A DNA stretch of 43,004 bases from Schlesneria sp. (GTDB lineage Bacteria; Planctomycetota; Planctomycetia; Planctomycetales; Planctomycetaceae): the NCBI GenBank assembly GCA_037142165.1, contig JBAXBD010000001.1, positions 1 to 43,004 of the forward strand, given 5' to 3'. A program made the position numbers and the translations under genes. Shown piece after piece: positions 7,224 through 16,611 of the stretch. Every line of letters begins with the position of its first letter. Positions within the stretch are counted from its first letter, which is position 1. Below the pieces are notes generated by a model. It worked only from the letters and a program-made list of their open reading frames with translations. It was not told where the DNA came from and made no database searches.

Positions 7224-8945
7224 TTACAACCGAGGATTCCCAGGTTTATTAGGAGCATCCCAACCGTTGGCTCCCTTTACTTTGACCTTGCGGGAATAGA
7301 CTCGATCTCCGCAGGTGCAGTACAGAACATCGAAATTCTCGCCGCCGAAGGTCAGGTTCGAAACTTTCCCGTTGGGGCTCGGGATGATGCAGTTCACTCG
7401 ACCCGGCTGATCGCAGACCTGCAGGCCGAGTCGCGTCGCAACCCAGACGCGGCCATCGCGATCGCAGCGGACGCCGTCGGCTCCACTGTCTTCAGCGGTG
7501 TCGGGGACATGCAAATGAAAATATTTCTGTTTGTGAGCCAGCGATCCGTCAGCCTGAATCTGGTAGCTGTAAACCCAATGAGTCCGACTGTCGGCGACGT
7601 ACAGCAACGACTGGTCGGGTGACATGCAGATGCCGTTTGAGAATCTCAAACCGGTATCGACGACCGTCTTTTCACCCTTGGGATTAATGTAATAGATCTT
7701 GCTGGGGTCGGTTCCATTCCAGCCGGGATTCGTCACATAGATCCCGCCATTATGGGCCACGACAAGATCGTTCCCTCGGAAACCGTCTGCGATGACTGAG
7801 GAATTGCCTTGTGCATCCCAGGCAAGGACCTGACTGGTTGTACCCGCATTCGCGTATAAGCGACCGTCGGGTCCAAAGGCCTGGCCGTCACCTTTCTTGG
7901 AATCACTCAGAAATTCTTTGACAGTTCCTTCCGACGTCACCTGAAACGTTTTTCCCGCTCCGACATCGTTGAAAAAGACCTGGCCCTTGGCGTTCACCGC
8001 TGGTCCTTCGGTGAACTGATAACCTTCGCCAACCAGCTTCCAGTCTTCGCCAGGAATCAAAATCTCCTGAATCTGTGGCGAGCCTTTTCCTGCTTTAATC
8101 CCGGCAGGCCAATCCTTCCACAACCAGCGCATCGCATCAGGGAACAACTTCGTAGCGTGTTCGCCATTATGCCCCCCTTCGCCCCAGACATGGGTCACTT
8201 CGTAACCGGCGAAGACCAGCGATCGTTCCATCGCCTGATTGGCCATCCACCAGTCACCGCCGTAAATATTCAGGTCATTACTGCCGTCTTCCAGAAAGAT
8301 GCGAAGCGGTCTCGGTTCGTGTTTGCGAATCAGCGTTGAATAGTTCTGTCCACCACGCAGTCCCACGTACGTTCCGATTGCGCTGAACACGCGACGGAAG
8401 GCGTCGGGCCGTTCCCAGGCTGCCGTGAAGGCACAAATCGCACCGCTGCTCGCTCCGCCAATCGCTCGATCGTTGCCATCCTTGGAAAGCTTGATGGCTC
8501 GGCCATCGGCGGTAGTCTTGGTCTCGACGTTTGGCAATAACTCGTCCAGCAAGAACCGGGCGTATCCATCGCCCAGGCCGTCGTATTCGAAGCTGCGATT
8601 GAATCGTGGCAGTGCCTGGTCTGACGTCGGTTTGACGATACCGGGAGTGACAAACACCCCGATCGTAATGGGCATTTCACCTTTGCTGATCAATGCGTCG
8701 AAAACTTCTGGAGCTTTGTATTGAACTCCGTCCTGATTGACGTAAACGCACGCGGGTTTAGCGGGGTCATATTGTTTTGGAACGTAGATCGAAACTTCGC
8801 GAGTTGTCCCCGGAAAAATCTTTGATTGATCGAATGTGTACTTGATGATTTCCCCTTTTGGAGTCTCCTGGGCAGACGCCTGTGATGAAACCAATAGAGC
8901 ACTACTCAAAAAACAAATTACGAGACGGTCAAAAATGAGCTGCAT
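7224..8945 (-). CDS. Secreted esterase (Fes-like alpha/beta hydrolase) fused to an SMP-30/gluconolactonase beta-propeller
   Basis: Signal peptide (MQLIFDRLVICFLSSALLVSSQASA), G-A-S-S-G nucleophile elbow, then SMP-30 motifs FTEGP, SNGICMSPD and GADGVRCD. Start trimmed so it does not overlap the neighbouring gene. Confidence 0.85.
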   Translation of the reverse strand: MQLIFDRLVICFLSSALLVSSQASAQETPKGEIIKYTFDQSKIFPGTTREVSIYVPKQYDPAKPACVYVNQDGVQYKAPEVFDALISKGEMPITIGVFVTPGIVKPTSDQALPRFNRSFEYDGLGDGYARFLLDELLPNVETKTTADGRAIKLSKDGNDRAIGGASSGAICAFTAAWERPDAFRRVFSAIGTYVGLRGGQNYSTLIRKHEPRPLRIFLEDGSNDLNIYGGDWWMANQAMERSLVFAGYEVTHVWGEGGHNGEHATKLFPDAMRWLWKDWPAGIKAGKGSPQIQEILIPGEDWKLVGEGYQFTEGPAVNAKGQVFFNDVGAGKTFQVTSEGTVKEFLSDSKKGDGQAFGPDGRLYANAGTTSQVLAWDAQGNSSVIADGFRGNDLVVAHNGGIYVTNPGWNGTDPSKIYYINPKGEKTVVDTGLRFSNGICMSPDQSLLYVADSRTHWVYSYQIQADGSLAHKQKYFHLHVPDTAEDSGADGVRCDRDGRVWVATRLGLQVCDQPGRVNCIIPSPNGKVSNLTFGGENFDVLYCTCGDRVYSRKVKVKGANGWDAPNKPGNPRL

Positions 8946-8982
8946 TTTTCTGTCCGTTTGTGAGGCAAGGGCGGAAGAAAGA

Positions 8983-9013
8983 GGTGGGACTGCGAAGACT
9001 TGTCCCACCCTAC
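8983..9013 (-). repeat. GTAG-type REP-like palindrome
   Basis: Minus strand GTAG-GGTGGGAC-N11-GTCCCACC in the intergenic gap. Confidence 0.6.
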
Positions 9014-9022
9014 AAGAGGCAA

Positions 9023-10246
9023 TCAACCTGATAGAGGGCCGACGCCGATGGTGGTCATTTGGCCGAGCGGGAATTGATCGAGCAGCGTGCGAATGTCGTT
9101 CAGTGTAATGTTCTGAACGATCGACACGTCGTCGGCGATGCTGCGGTATTCCCGGCGGAACAGCCAGTTGTTGCCGAGTCCCCCCAGTCGTCCCATCGGG
9201 CGTTCGCCGCGTAAGACCAGACGCGAACAAACCTTGTTCTTGGCCTGCTCAAGTTCGTCCGCTGTCACGCCCCGTTTATTCACGTCCGCGTAGATCTTGG
9301 CGATTCGCTTGAGATTGGATTTCGTCTCTTCAGGTGGCCCGTTGAGAAATGTCAGATAGGCACCGGTCTCTTCGTATTCGTAATAACCCATCTCGGCGGA
9401 CTCAACCAGACCGGGATCAAGTAGTTCCCAGTACAGCCGACTATTGCAATCATCGCCAACGATGACTGACATCAGTTCGGCAGCAAAGCGTAAGGGGTCG
9501 CTTCCTGATGGTGCAGGAGAAAGCTGAATGATCTGCTCCTGTTGGCATTCGTCTTTCGAAATGTACTTCGTGGATGGCTTGGGCGATGCGCGCATCACCT
9601 TGCGATCCGATTTCCCCTTCGGCCAGTTCGCACAATGTCGATTCGCCAGTTCAAGGATTGTGGACCAGTCAGTATTACCCGTCACGGCGAGAACGATATT
9701 TCCGGCGAGATAGTGTTTGCGGTGATACTCGCGCATCTGTTCGGATGACAGTCCACCGACGCTTTCCGTCGTGCCCAGGACCGATTGCCCGAGCGGATGT
9801 CCGTGGAAGTGAGCCTGCATCGCGTTGTCGTAGGCGACTGACGAGGGCTGGTCGGCGTACATACCGATCTCTTCCAGAATTACCTTCTTCTCGATATCGA
9901 AATCGTCCTGACGCAACGTGGGAAACAGAATGCTCGACTGAATCTCAAACGTCTGCGGCAGGTATTCAGGCAGTGTGGCGGCATAGTAAACGGTGCTCTC
10001 TTCACCGGTGGCCGCGTTATTGTCGGCACCAACTTCATCGAAGATGCGGTTTACATCTTCGGCAGTGAAACGTTCCGTTCCCTTGAAGGCCATGTGTTCA
10101 AGAAAGTGGCTGACCCCGGAAACTTCAGGAGTTTCATCGCGAGCACCTGCTTTCACGTAAAAACCGAACGCAACGCTATGCACGTCAGAATTCGTTTCGG
10201 CAACAACTTCGAGTCCGTTTTCCAGCGTCGTATGATGAAAGGACAT
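9023..10246 (-). CDS. M16 family (insulinase/pitrilysin-like) zinc peptidase
   Basis: TLENGL N-terminus, inverted zinc motif HFLEHMAFKG, EKKVILEE. Confidence 0.93.
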   Translation of the reverse strand: MSFHHTTLENGLEVVAETNSDVHSVAFGFYVKAGARDETPEVSGVSHFLEHMAFKGTERFTAEDVNRIFDEVGADNNAATGEESTVYYAATLPEYLPQTFEIQSSILFPTLRQDDFDIEKKVILEEIGMYADQPSSVAYDNAMQAHFHGHPLGQSVLGTTESVGGLSSEQMREYHRKHYLAGNIVLAVTGNTDWSTILELANRHCANWPKGKSDRKVMRASPKPSTKYISKDECQQEQIIQLSPAPSGSDPLRFAAELMSVIVGDDCNSRLYWELLDPGLVESAEMGYYEYEETGAYLTFLNGPPEETKSNLKRIAKIYADVNKRGVTADELEQAKNKVCSRLVLRGERPMGRLGGLGNNWLFRREYRSIADDVSIVQNITLNDIRTLLDQFPLGQMTTIGVGPLSG

Positions 10247-10397
10247 GCAATCTTTCTGATGGACAACTTTGTAAACCAGACGGAGTCACCCGTCGGTATT
10301 TTGAACGTTAAAGGTTTACCCTAGTTTTTCAGTAGTTTCCAGAGGCTCAGGTGGTTGCAGCAAAGTTCGGTTCCAAGATTGTCGCAACAAACTCACG

Positions 10398-11459
10398 TTA
10401 TGGCTTGGTTGTTATGGTCGTTTGTGTCTCGACGAACGTCTTGAGCGACTTCAAGTTGACTTGTTCCCCCTCCTTGGGGAATTGAAACGGCAAGATCCAC
10501 CAATCCTCGGTAAACGACGCCGATTGGCCAGGCTGCAATCGTTCACGTGGACCGATCGGTTCAAGTTCAATCCGTGGTCCCGTTGGACACCAGACCGAAA
10601 TCGTCAGTCCTGCCGCTTCGTTATAGACACGGTCAGGAAAGATCGGGAACCGTTTTACGAAAAGCGTATTACCGGGCATCAGATACCCTAACCATCCAGC
10701 GGTTGCGTCAAATCCCAGTTTCGGTTTGCGAGGCGGCGCCAGAATTTCCAGAAAGCCGTCCCGTTCGCGAATCTTCTCGTCAGTGTTTCGGACGTTAATC
10801 GTCGCACTCTCTTCATACATCGCATATTTGGACGGGAACCGACTCGGTCGGTCACCGAGTGGAATAACGCAGATTCCGCCACCTGGTGAAAAGGATCGAC
10901 CCCAGTGACAGACCTCGCGGACTTCGTTGCCAATGTTATGGATCGTCTGCTTGCAGGCTAAATGGATCGTCGATTTCGTTTCGGATGTGTCACCTTCAAC
11001 TAATTCGAAATCACGGACAAGCTGAATCCCCGCCCGATCGTCTTTCTGACTGGTCAATCGAGCAGAATACGACCCGGTGATCTCGCCGGACCATTCGCCC
11101 GACCACAGCTCGGGATGGGGAATGACAGTAAGTTCGGGCCCATAGTCAAATCGGCCTGCTGTCACTTTGACGGGAGTTCCTGGCTGCCATTGCTTTTCGG
11201 CGTCCTCCATAAACATCGCGTCTTTCCCGTCGACCGAGAACTCGAGAACACGTCCGCCGACCTGAGGACAAAGCACGACGCGGGCATTTTTCATCTTCAA
11301 TTCGATGGCCCGCGAGTAGCCATGGTATTGGATCACAGATGCGTTTGATGACGCTGGCTGAACCGCTTGAGCTTGTAGAGGATCTGCGGCACTCACAAGA
11401 GTCGTCAGTGAACTGAGTATGAAGCCAATAACAGCGGTCAGTTGCGGCGTTCCAGCCAT
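10398..11459 (-). CDS. Secreted hypothetical protein with a mutarotase-like fold (DUF4380-like)
   Basis: Signal peptide, PQVGGRVLEF near the N-terminus, IELEPIGP...LQPGQSASFTEDW at the C-terminus. Confidence 0.7.
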   Translation of the reverse strand: MAGTPQLTAVIGFILSSLTTLVSAADPLQAQAVQPASSNASVIQYHGYSRAIELKMKNARVVLCPQVGGRVLEFSVDGKDAMFMEDAEKQWQPGTPVKVTAGRFDYGPELTVIPHPELWSGEWSGEITGSYSARLTSQKDDRAGIQLVRDFELVEGDTSETKSTIHLACKQTIHNIGNEVREVCHWGRSFSPGGGICVIPLGDRPSRFPSKYAMYEESATINVRNTDEKIRERDGFLEILAPPRKPKLGFDATAGWLGYLMPGNTLFVKRFPIFPDRVYNEAAGLTISVWCPTGPRIELEPIGPRERLQPGQSASFTEDWWILPFQFPKEGEQVNLKSLKTFVETQTTITTKP

Positions 11460-11752
11460 CAGCGGGTTCCGTTATCGAGGTGAATGTTTCGAGGAGGCAG
11501 AGATCACTTACCATACGAAATCAGTAGATGGGGTGCACGTAACCGGCGATGGTTTTTTCCGGCCGATGACGCTACTGATTGGCCTGTGGAAAGCGCGAAT
11601 TTTTTCAATGCCATAAATAGGCAGCCGGGGCGCCCTGCGGACTCAAGTTTTGAACCGCCGACCAATTAGTGTTAGCGCCTCTGACGACGAAGCGGCTACT
11701 TTCTAAGAGAAAACACTTCTATTCAATGAAAGTTCGCGTTATATATGGCGGG

Positions 11753-12019
11753 ATGGAAACCATCACTCGTGATGTTCGTGATCTTCCCCAGGATGACCGG
11801 TCCGCACTGGAACGTGTCATCGGTCATGTATTGCTCGAAACCGAGCGAGTTATCGTCACCGTGGTCAACCTTAACCCCAAATCTGAGTCCCTTCCGACTG
11901 CAGAGGAAGAAGAAATCCCGCAGTGGTGGAAAGTATATGAGGGGTTGGACGACGAAGAGATTGACCGCCTCGACGACGCTATTCGCCAGCGGGCCAATTT
12001 GACCCGCGACGTGGGGTAG
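11753..12019 (+). CDS. Putative antitoxin (non-canonical VapB)
   Basis: 88-aa acidic protein ending 3 nt before a PIN toxin gene. Start trimmed to METITRDV. Confidence 0.7.
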   Translation: METITRDVRDLPQDDRSALERVIGHVLLETERVIVTVVNLNPKSESLPTAEEEEIPQWWKVYEGLDDEEIDRLDDAIRQRANLTRDVG

Positions 12020-12022
12020 AAT

Positions 12023-12433
12023 ATGTCCGTGGCGTTGCTCGATACCGACATGCTGTCAGAGGTGATCAAGCTTCGCGACCCGATCGTGAGAAACCACGCG
12101 CTTACGTATCAACAACAGCATGGACCGCTCACGTTTTCGGCAGTCACGCGATACGAAGTCTTACGTGGTTACAAGCAATACGGCGCGACGAGACAACTCG
12201 CAAACTTCGCTGTGTTCTGCCAGCACTCGTTGATTCTACCCGTGACGGATGCCACCTGGGACCGCGCCTCCGATCTGTGGGCATATGCTCGTCAACACGG
12301 CCATCCACATGACGATGCCGATCTTGTCATCGCGGCAACCGCGCTGGAAAACCAGCGAATTTTGATTACTGGAAATCTTCGCCACTATATCTGGATTCCT
12401 GGAATCACGGTTGTGGATTGGCGGAACCCATAG
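12023..12433 (+). CDS. vapC: PIN-domain ribonuclease toxin (VapC)
   Basis: LLDTDMLSE, TRYEVLRG, DADLVIAATAL and LITGNLRHY carry the PIN acidic residues. Confidence 0.92.
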   Translation: MSVALLDTDMLSEVIKLRDPIVRNHALTYQQQHGPLTFSAVTRYEVLRGYKQYGATRQLANFAVFCQHSLILPVTDATWDRASDLWAYARQHGHPHDDADLVIAATALENQRILITGNLRHYIWIPGITVVDWRNP

Positions 12434-12602
12434 CGTGGAATTTGCCACTTTTATGAAGGAGCCGCAACCAGAAAATCGCACGGGAAGCCCTTTTACCATA
12501 TTTTCCGTAACAAGATTTCCCCAGAATACACCAAACCAAATCGTCGCGATTCCAAATTCGGTTCGCTCCGACGAACCCTGCATTCAATCTAAAGGTTCTT
12601 TG

Positions 12603-14291
12603 ATGAAACGATTCATGACGCTGTTCTTGTTCTTGATGCTACCGGTCGCGGCGAATTGTGCCGACACCGCCGATGTCATCTATCACGGCGGGGATATTGT
12701 CACGGTTGACGATAAGAATCCGGCTGCTGAAGCACTGGCCGTTTTCAAAGGAAAGATCGTCGCGGTTGGGACGAAGGCTGATGTGCTGAAACTCAAGGGA
12801 GATACCACGAAACTTGTTGATCTTGGCGGTAAGACGCTGGTTCCCGGGTTTCTTGATGGACACAGTCACTTCATTAACTGTTTGCAGGTCGCTCACCAGG
12901 CGAACTGCTTCGCTCCCCCCGCAGGTCCAGGCAAGTCGATTGCCGACATCATCGCATCATTGAAAGCAACCCAGGCCAAATTCAAGATTCCTAACGGCGA
13001 ATTCATTGTCGGTTATGGCTATGACGGTGATGCGATTACCGATGGACGCGAGATGAGTGCCGCCGATCTGGACGCAGCGTTTCCAGATAATCCTGTTTTT
13101 GTGCAGCACGTGTCTCTGCACGGAGCGGTCTGTAACTCGTCGGCACTCAAGAAATTCAAGATTTCGAAAGAGACGCCAACTCCGCCAGGAGGCGTCATTG
13201 TTCGCAAACCGAATTCGATGGAACCGGAAGGCCTGCTGATGGAAGCGGCCTGGATGCCGGTCTTTATGAATCTGCCAAAGCCATCGGAAGCGGAGCTGCT
13301 GACACGGTTCCAGGAAGGCCAGGCGATTTATGCCGCAGCCGGCATCACCACCGCTCAGGAAGGAGCGACAATGAGGGGCGACGTCGCTCTTTTGCAAAAG
13401 GCTGCGGCGCAGGGCTTACTGATTATTGATGTTGCTGCCTATCCATTCGTGACCGAAGCCGAAACCGTTTTCAAAACGACCCCTCCGTCAAAGTTTGGAG
13501 AATACTCAAACCATCTGAAACTCGCCGGGATCAAGATCACACTCGACGGATCGCCTCAGGGAAGAACCGCCTATTTCACGACCCCCTATCTGACGGGTGG
13601 GCCTGGAGGCGAAAAGAACTGGCGCGGCGAACCACTGTTTCCGAAAGCTCAAGCGGAAGAGTTCATCAAGTTTGTCTATGACAACAATTTGCAGTTGATC
13701 ATCCACTGTAATGGTGATGCGGCAATCGACATGTTTCTGGAATGCCACGAAAAGGTGGCCAAAGACCGATTCGCTGACCGACGAACAACGGTCATCCATT
13801 CGCAGTTCGTCCGAAGGGATCAGCTTGAAAAATACGTCGATTACAAAATCATGGCTTCGTTCTTCACGGAACACTGTTTCTATTTCGGTGAGACTCATTT
13901 GAAGAACCGAGGGAAAGAACAAACATTCTTTCTCAGTCCGATGAAGACCGCTCTCGAAATGGGGATACATTGTGCCAATCACACGGACTTCAACGTCTCG
14001 CCGATCGACCAGTTATTTGTGATGTGGTCGGCTGTCAATCGTGTTTCACGCAAGGGAGAGGTCATTGGACCGGATCAGCGAATCACGCCAATTCAGGCGC
14101 TGAAAGCACTGACAATCGATTCGGCTCACATGTATCAGGAAGAAAAGACCAAAGGCTCGCTCGAAGTCGGCAAGCGGGCTGACCTGGTGATTCTCGACAA
14201 GAACCCGCTCAAGGTCGATCCGATGTCGATCAAGGATATCAAAGTGGTCGAGACGATTAAGGACGGGAAAACGATCTACGTGTCGAAATGA
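12603..14291 (+). CDS. Secreted YtcJ-like amidohydrolase (amidohydro_3)
   Basis: Signal peptide from MKRFMTLF, PGFLDGHSH, KITLDGS, IHCNGDAA, IHSQ, HTD, GSLEVGKRADLVIL. Confidence 0.9.
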   Translation: MKRFMTLFLFLMLPVAANCADTADVIYHGGDIVTVDDKNPAAEALAVFKGKIVAVGTKADVLKLKGDTTKLVDLGGKTLVPGFLDGHSHFINCLQVAHQANCFAPPAGPGKSIADIIASLKATQAKFKIPNGEFIVGYGYDGDAITDGREMSAADLDAAFPDNPVFVQHVSLHGAVCNSSALKKFKISKETPTPPGGVIVRKPNSMEPEGLLMEAAWMPVFMNLPKPSEAELLTRFQEGQAIYAAAGITTAQEGATMRGDVALLQKAAAQGLLIIDVAAYPFVTEAETVFKTTPPSKFGEYSNHLKLAGIKITLDGSPQGRTAYFTTPYLTGGPGGEKNWRGEPLFPKAQAEEFIKFVYDNNLQLIIHCNGDAAIDMFLECHEKVAKDRFADRRTTVIHSQFVRRDQLEKYVDYKIMASFFTEHCFYFGETHLKNRGKEQTFFLSPMKTALEMGIHCANHTDFNVSPIDQLFVMWSAVNRVSRKGEVIGPDQRITPIQALKALTIDSAHMYQEEKTKGSLEVGKRADLVILDKNPLKVDPMSIKDIKVVETIKDGKTIYVSK

Positions 14292-14381
14292 TCGAAGAGA
14301 GGGGTCAGGTGTTGAAATTGGAACGCCCGACCCCGGCACATTCGGCCATCAAATTCACAATTCGCGCAAGGCTCAATAACA

Positions 14382-16391
14382 ATGAAGTGCCTCCTCGTGC
14401 TGTGCGTGATCAAATCAATGACGATGGTCGGCCTGGCTCAGTCTGGTTCTCTGCAGGATCTTGTCAGGCGACTACCGACGTCGGATGGGATCAAGATCTA
14501 TCGGGCCAAAGAGATCATTACTCTTGACCCGGCGAAGCCAAAGGGGGACGCGGTCGCGGTGATCGGTGACTTGATATATGGGGTCGGGACTCTGGAAGAA
14601 CTTCGGAAGCAAATCAACGATGAAGGGTTAAGTCCGCCCCAAGTTGTTGAGACCTTTGCCGACCAGGTTATTGTCCCTGGATTTATTTCCCAGCATGATC
14701 ATCCTCTGCTGGCGGCACTGACCATGACGTCTGAGATTATCGCGATTGAAGATTGGGTGTTACCGTCGGGAACCGTTCCTGCCGCGAAGGACCGCGATGA
14801 ATATCTGGAGCGACTTGCTGAAGCCGATCGCCAGCGACAAGACCCGAATGAGTTGCTGCTGACATGGGGTTTCCATCATTATTTCCATGGAAAACTGACA
14901 AAGGCTGATCTGGACAAAATCTCGTCGACTCGGCCGATTATCGTCTGGCACCGTTCCGCTCACGAAGTAATCGTTAACTCTGCGGCGAGTAAACAATTTG
15001 GAATTACCCGGGAATGGTATGACAAGCTGAACCCGTCTCAGAAACAGCAGTCCAATTTTGACGAAGGTCATTACTGGGAGCAGGGAGCCTTCGGCGTATT
15101 GCCACTGATCGGTAAAGTGATTGCATCTCCAAAACGTCTGCAAGACGGCTTGAGGTTTGTTAAAGAATACCTGCATGCCAACGGTGTCACGCTCGGTTGT
15201 GAACCGGGTGGAGTTCTCTCAAAACCGATGCAGGACGCGCAGAACTCACAGTTCGGCGATCACGCGACGCCGTTTAGTTATTACTTTATCGCCGATGGTA
15301 AATCCCTGACCGCGATGTACCCCGATAATCGTGTCATTGAGGAAACCCGACAACTGACCACCTGGGGACAGGGGAATACGGCGATTATTCCGGGACAGGT
15401 GAAGCTTTTTGCTGACGGGGCAATCTTCTCGCAGGCCATGCAGATGCGGGATGGCTATCTGGATGGGCACAAAGGTGAGTGGATGATGGATCTGGACTTC
15501 TTTCAGCGAAGTTTCCGTATCTATTGGGATGCGGACTATCAGATTCACGTTCATGTGAATGGCGACGCCGGGCTCGACATGGTGCTGAACACGCTCGACG
15601 AAAACATGCGACGTAAACCGCGCATGAATCATCGGACCGTCATCGTCCACTTCGCCGTTTCAACACCCGAGCAGGTGAAAAAAATCAAAGACCTGCAAGC
15701 AATCGTCAGCGCGAACCCTTATTACCCGACGGCTCTAGCAGATAACTACGGCGCACAAGGACTCGGGCCTGACCGAGCCGATTCGATGGTCCGACTTGGG
15801 GATGTCGAACGAGCGGGAATCTCGTACTCGCTTCACTCCGATATGCCGATGGCACCCGCTCAACCATTATTCCTGATGCACTGTGCCGTTAACCGGACAA
15901 CAATGTCAGGTCGCGTGGCGGGGCCCAATCAACGGATCAGTCGTGAAGCAGCACTGCGTGCTGTGACGCTCAATGCGGCCTACTCGCTGCAAATGGAGAA
16001 TGACGTTGGCAGTATCGTTCGCGGAAAACGTGCTAATTTCACGATTCTGAGCGAAAGCCCGGTGACGTGTGACGCCGTCAGAATCAAAGAAATTAAAGTC
16101 CTGGGGACGATCCATGAAGGACGAGTCTTTCCGGTTTCGATGCCAAAACAAGGCCATTCACAGCGTGAACTGTCACTGCGAGACAGACAACTGGCGGAAA
16201 TCAAACGAATGAATGTGCTCGACGAAGAGCGATCGTCACGAATGGATTCGCCAGCAAATGCTCCGGTATCGCTTTTCGGATTTGTCCACCGAAACGAACC
16301 CGCGATCTGTACTCCAGGATGTACATGCGGCAGTGGGCTGTTAAAAGCACTGTCGGCGGGTCTCTCGATCGAGTCAACATCAAACGATTGA
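14382..16391 (+). CDS. Second YtcJ-like amidohydrolase with a Cys-containing C-terminal tail
   Basis: PGFISQHDH, KLFADG, VHVNGDAG, HSDMP, GSIVRGKRANFTIL. Confidence 0.88.
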   Translation: MKCLLVLCVIKSMTMVGLAQSGSLQDLVRRLPTSDGIKIYRAKEIITLDPAKPKGDAVAVIGDLIYGVGTLEELRKQINDEGLSPPQVVETFADQVIVPGFISQHDHPLLAALTMTSEIIAIEDWVLPSGTVPAAKDRDEYLERLAEADRQRQDPNELLLTWGFHHYFHGKLTKADLDKISSTRPIIVWHRSAHEVIVNSAASKQFGITREWYDKLNPSQKQQSNFDEGHYWEQGAFGVLPLIGKVIASPKRLQDGLRFVKEYLHANGVTLGCEPGGVLSKPMQDAQNSQFGDHATPFSYYFIADGKSLTAMYPDNRVIEETRQLTTWGQGNTAIIPGQVKLFADGAIFSQAMQMRDGYLDGHKGEWMMDLDFFQRSFRIYWDADYQIHVHVNGDAGLDMVLNTLDENMRRKPRMNHRTVIVHFAVSTPEQVKKIKDLQAIVSANPYYPTALADNYGAQGLGPDRADSMVRLGDVERAGISYSLHSDMPMAPAQPLFLMHCAVNRTTMSGRVAGPNQRISREAALRAVTLNAAYSLQMENDVGSIVRGKRANFTILSESPVTCDAVRIKEIKVLGTIHEGRVFPVSMPKQGHSQRELSLRDRQLAEIKRMNVLDEERSSRMDSPANAPVSLFGFVHRNEPAICTPGCTCGSGLLKALSAGLSIESTSND

Positions 16392-16611
16392 TGTCAGTCG
16401 AGCAACTTCACCGGAACGATGTTGGCTCCTGTGATGACTTCACAATCCGATGAGAATAAGTCAAATCGCGAATCTTTTTTTGATTTCGGTCGTGGCGTCT
16501 GGGTGTCAGAAACGAACATGGTCTGGAAATCTCGTTCCGATCGAGCCAGAATATTGGCCACATCCTTTCTTTTGTTCGACAGCGATTCCGTCAATCGACA
16601 AAGGGGTTCTC

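Noticed and set aside
8946-9230. Upstream extension of the esterase-lactonase ORF
   Set aside because: Overlaps the M16 peptidase and a REP element; the signal peptide begins at 8945.
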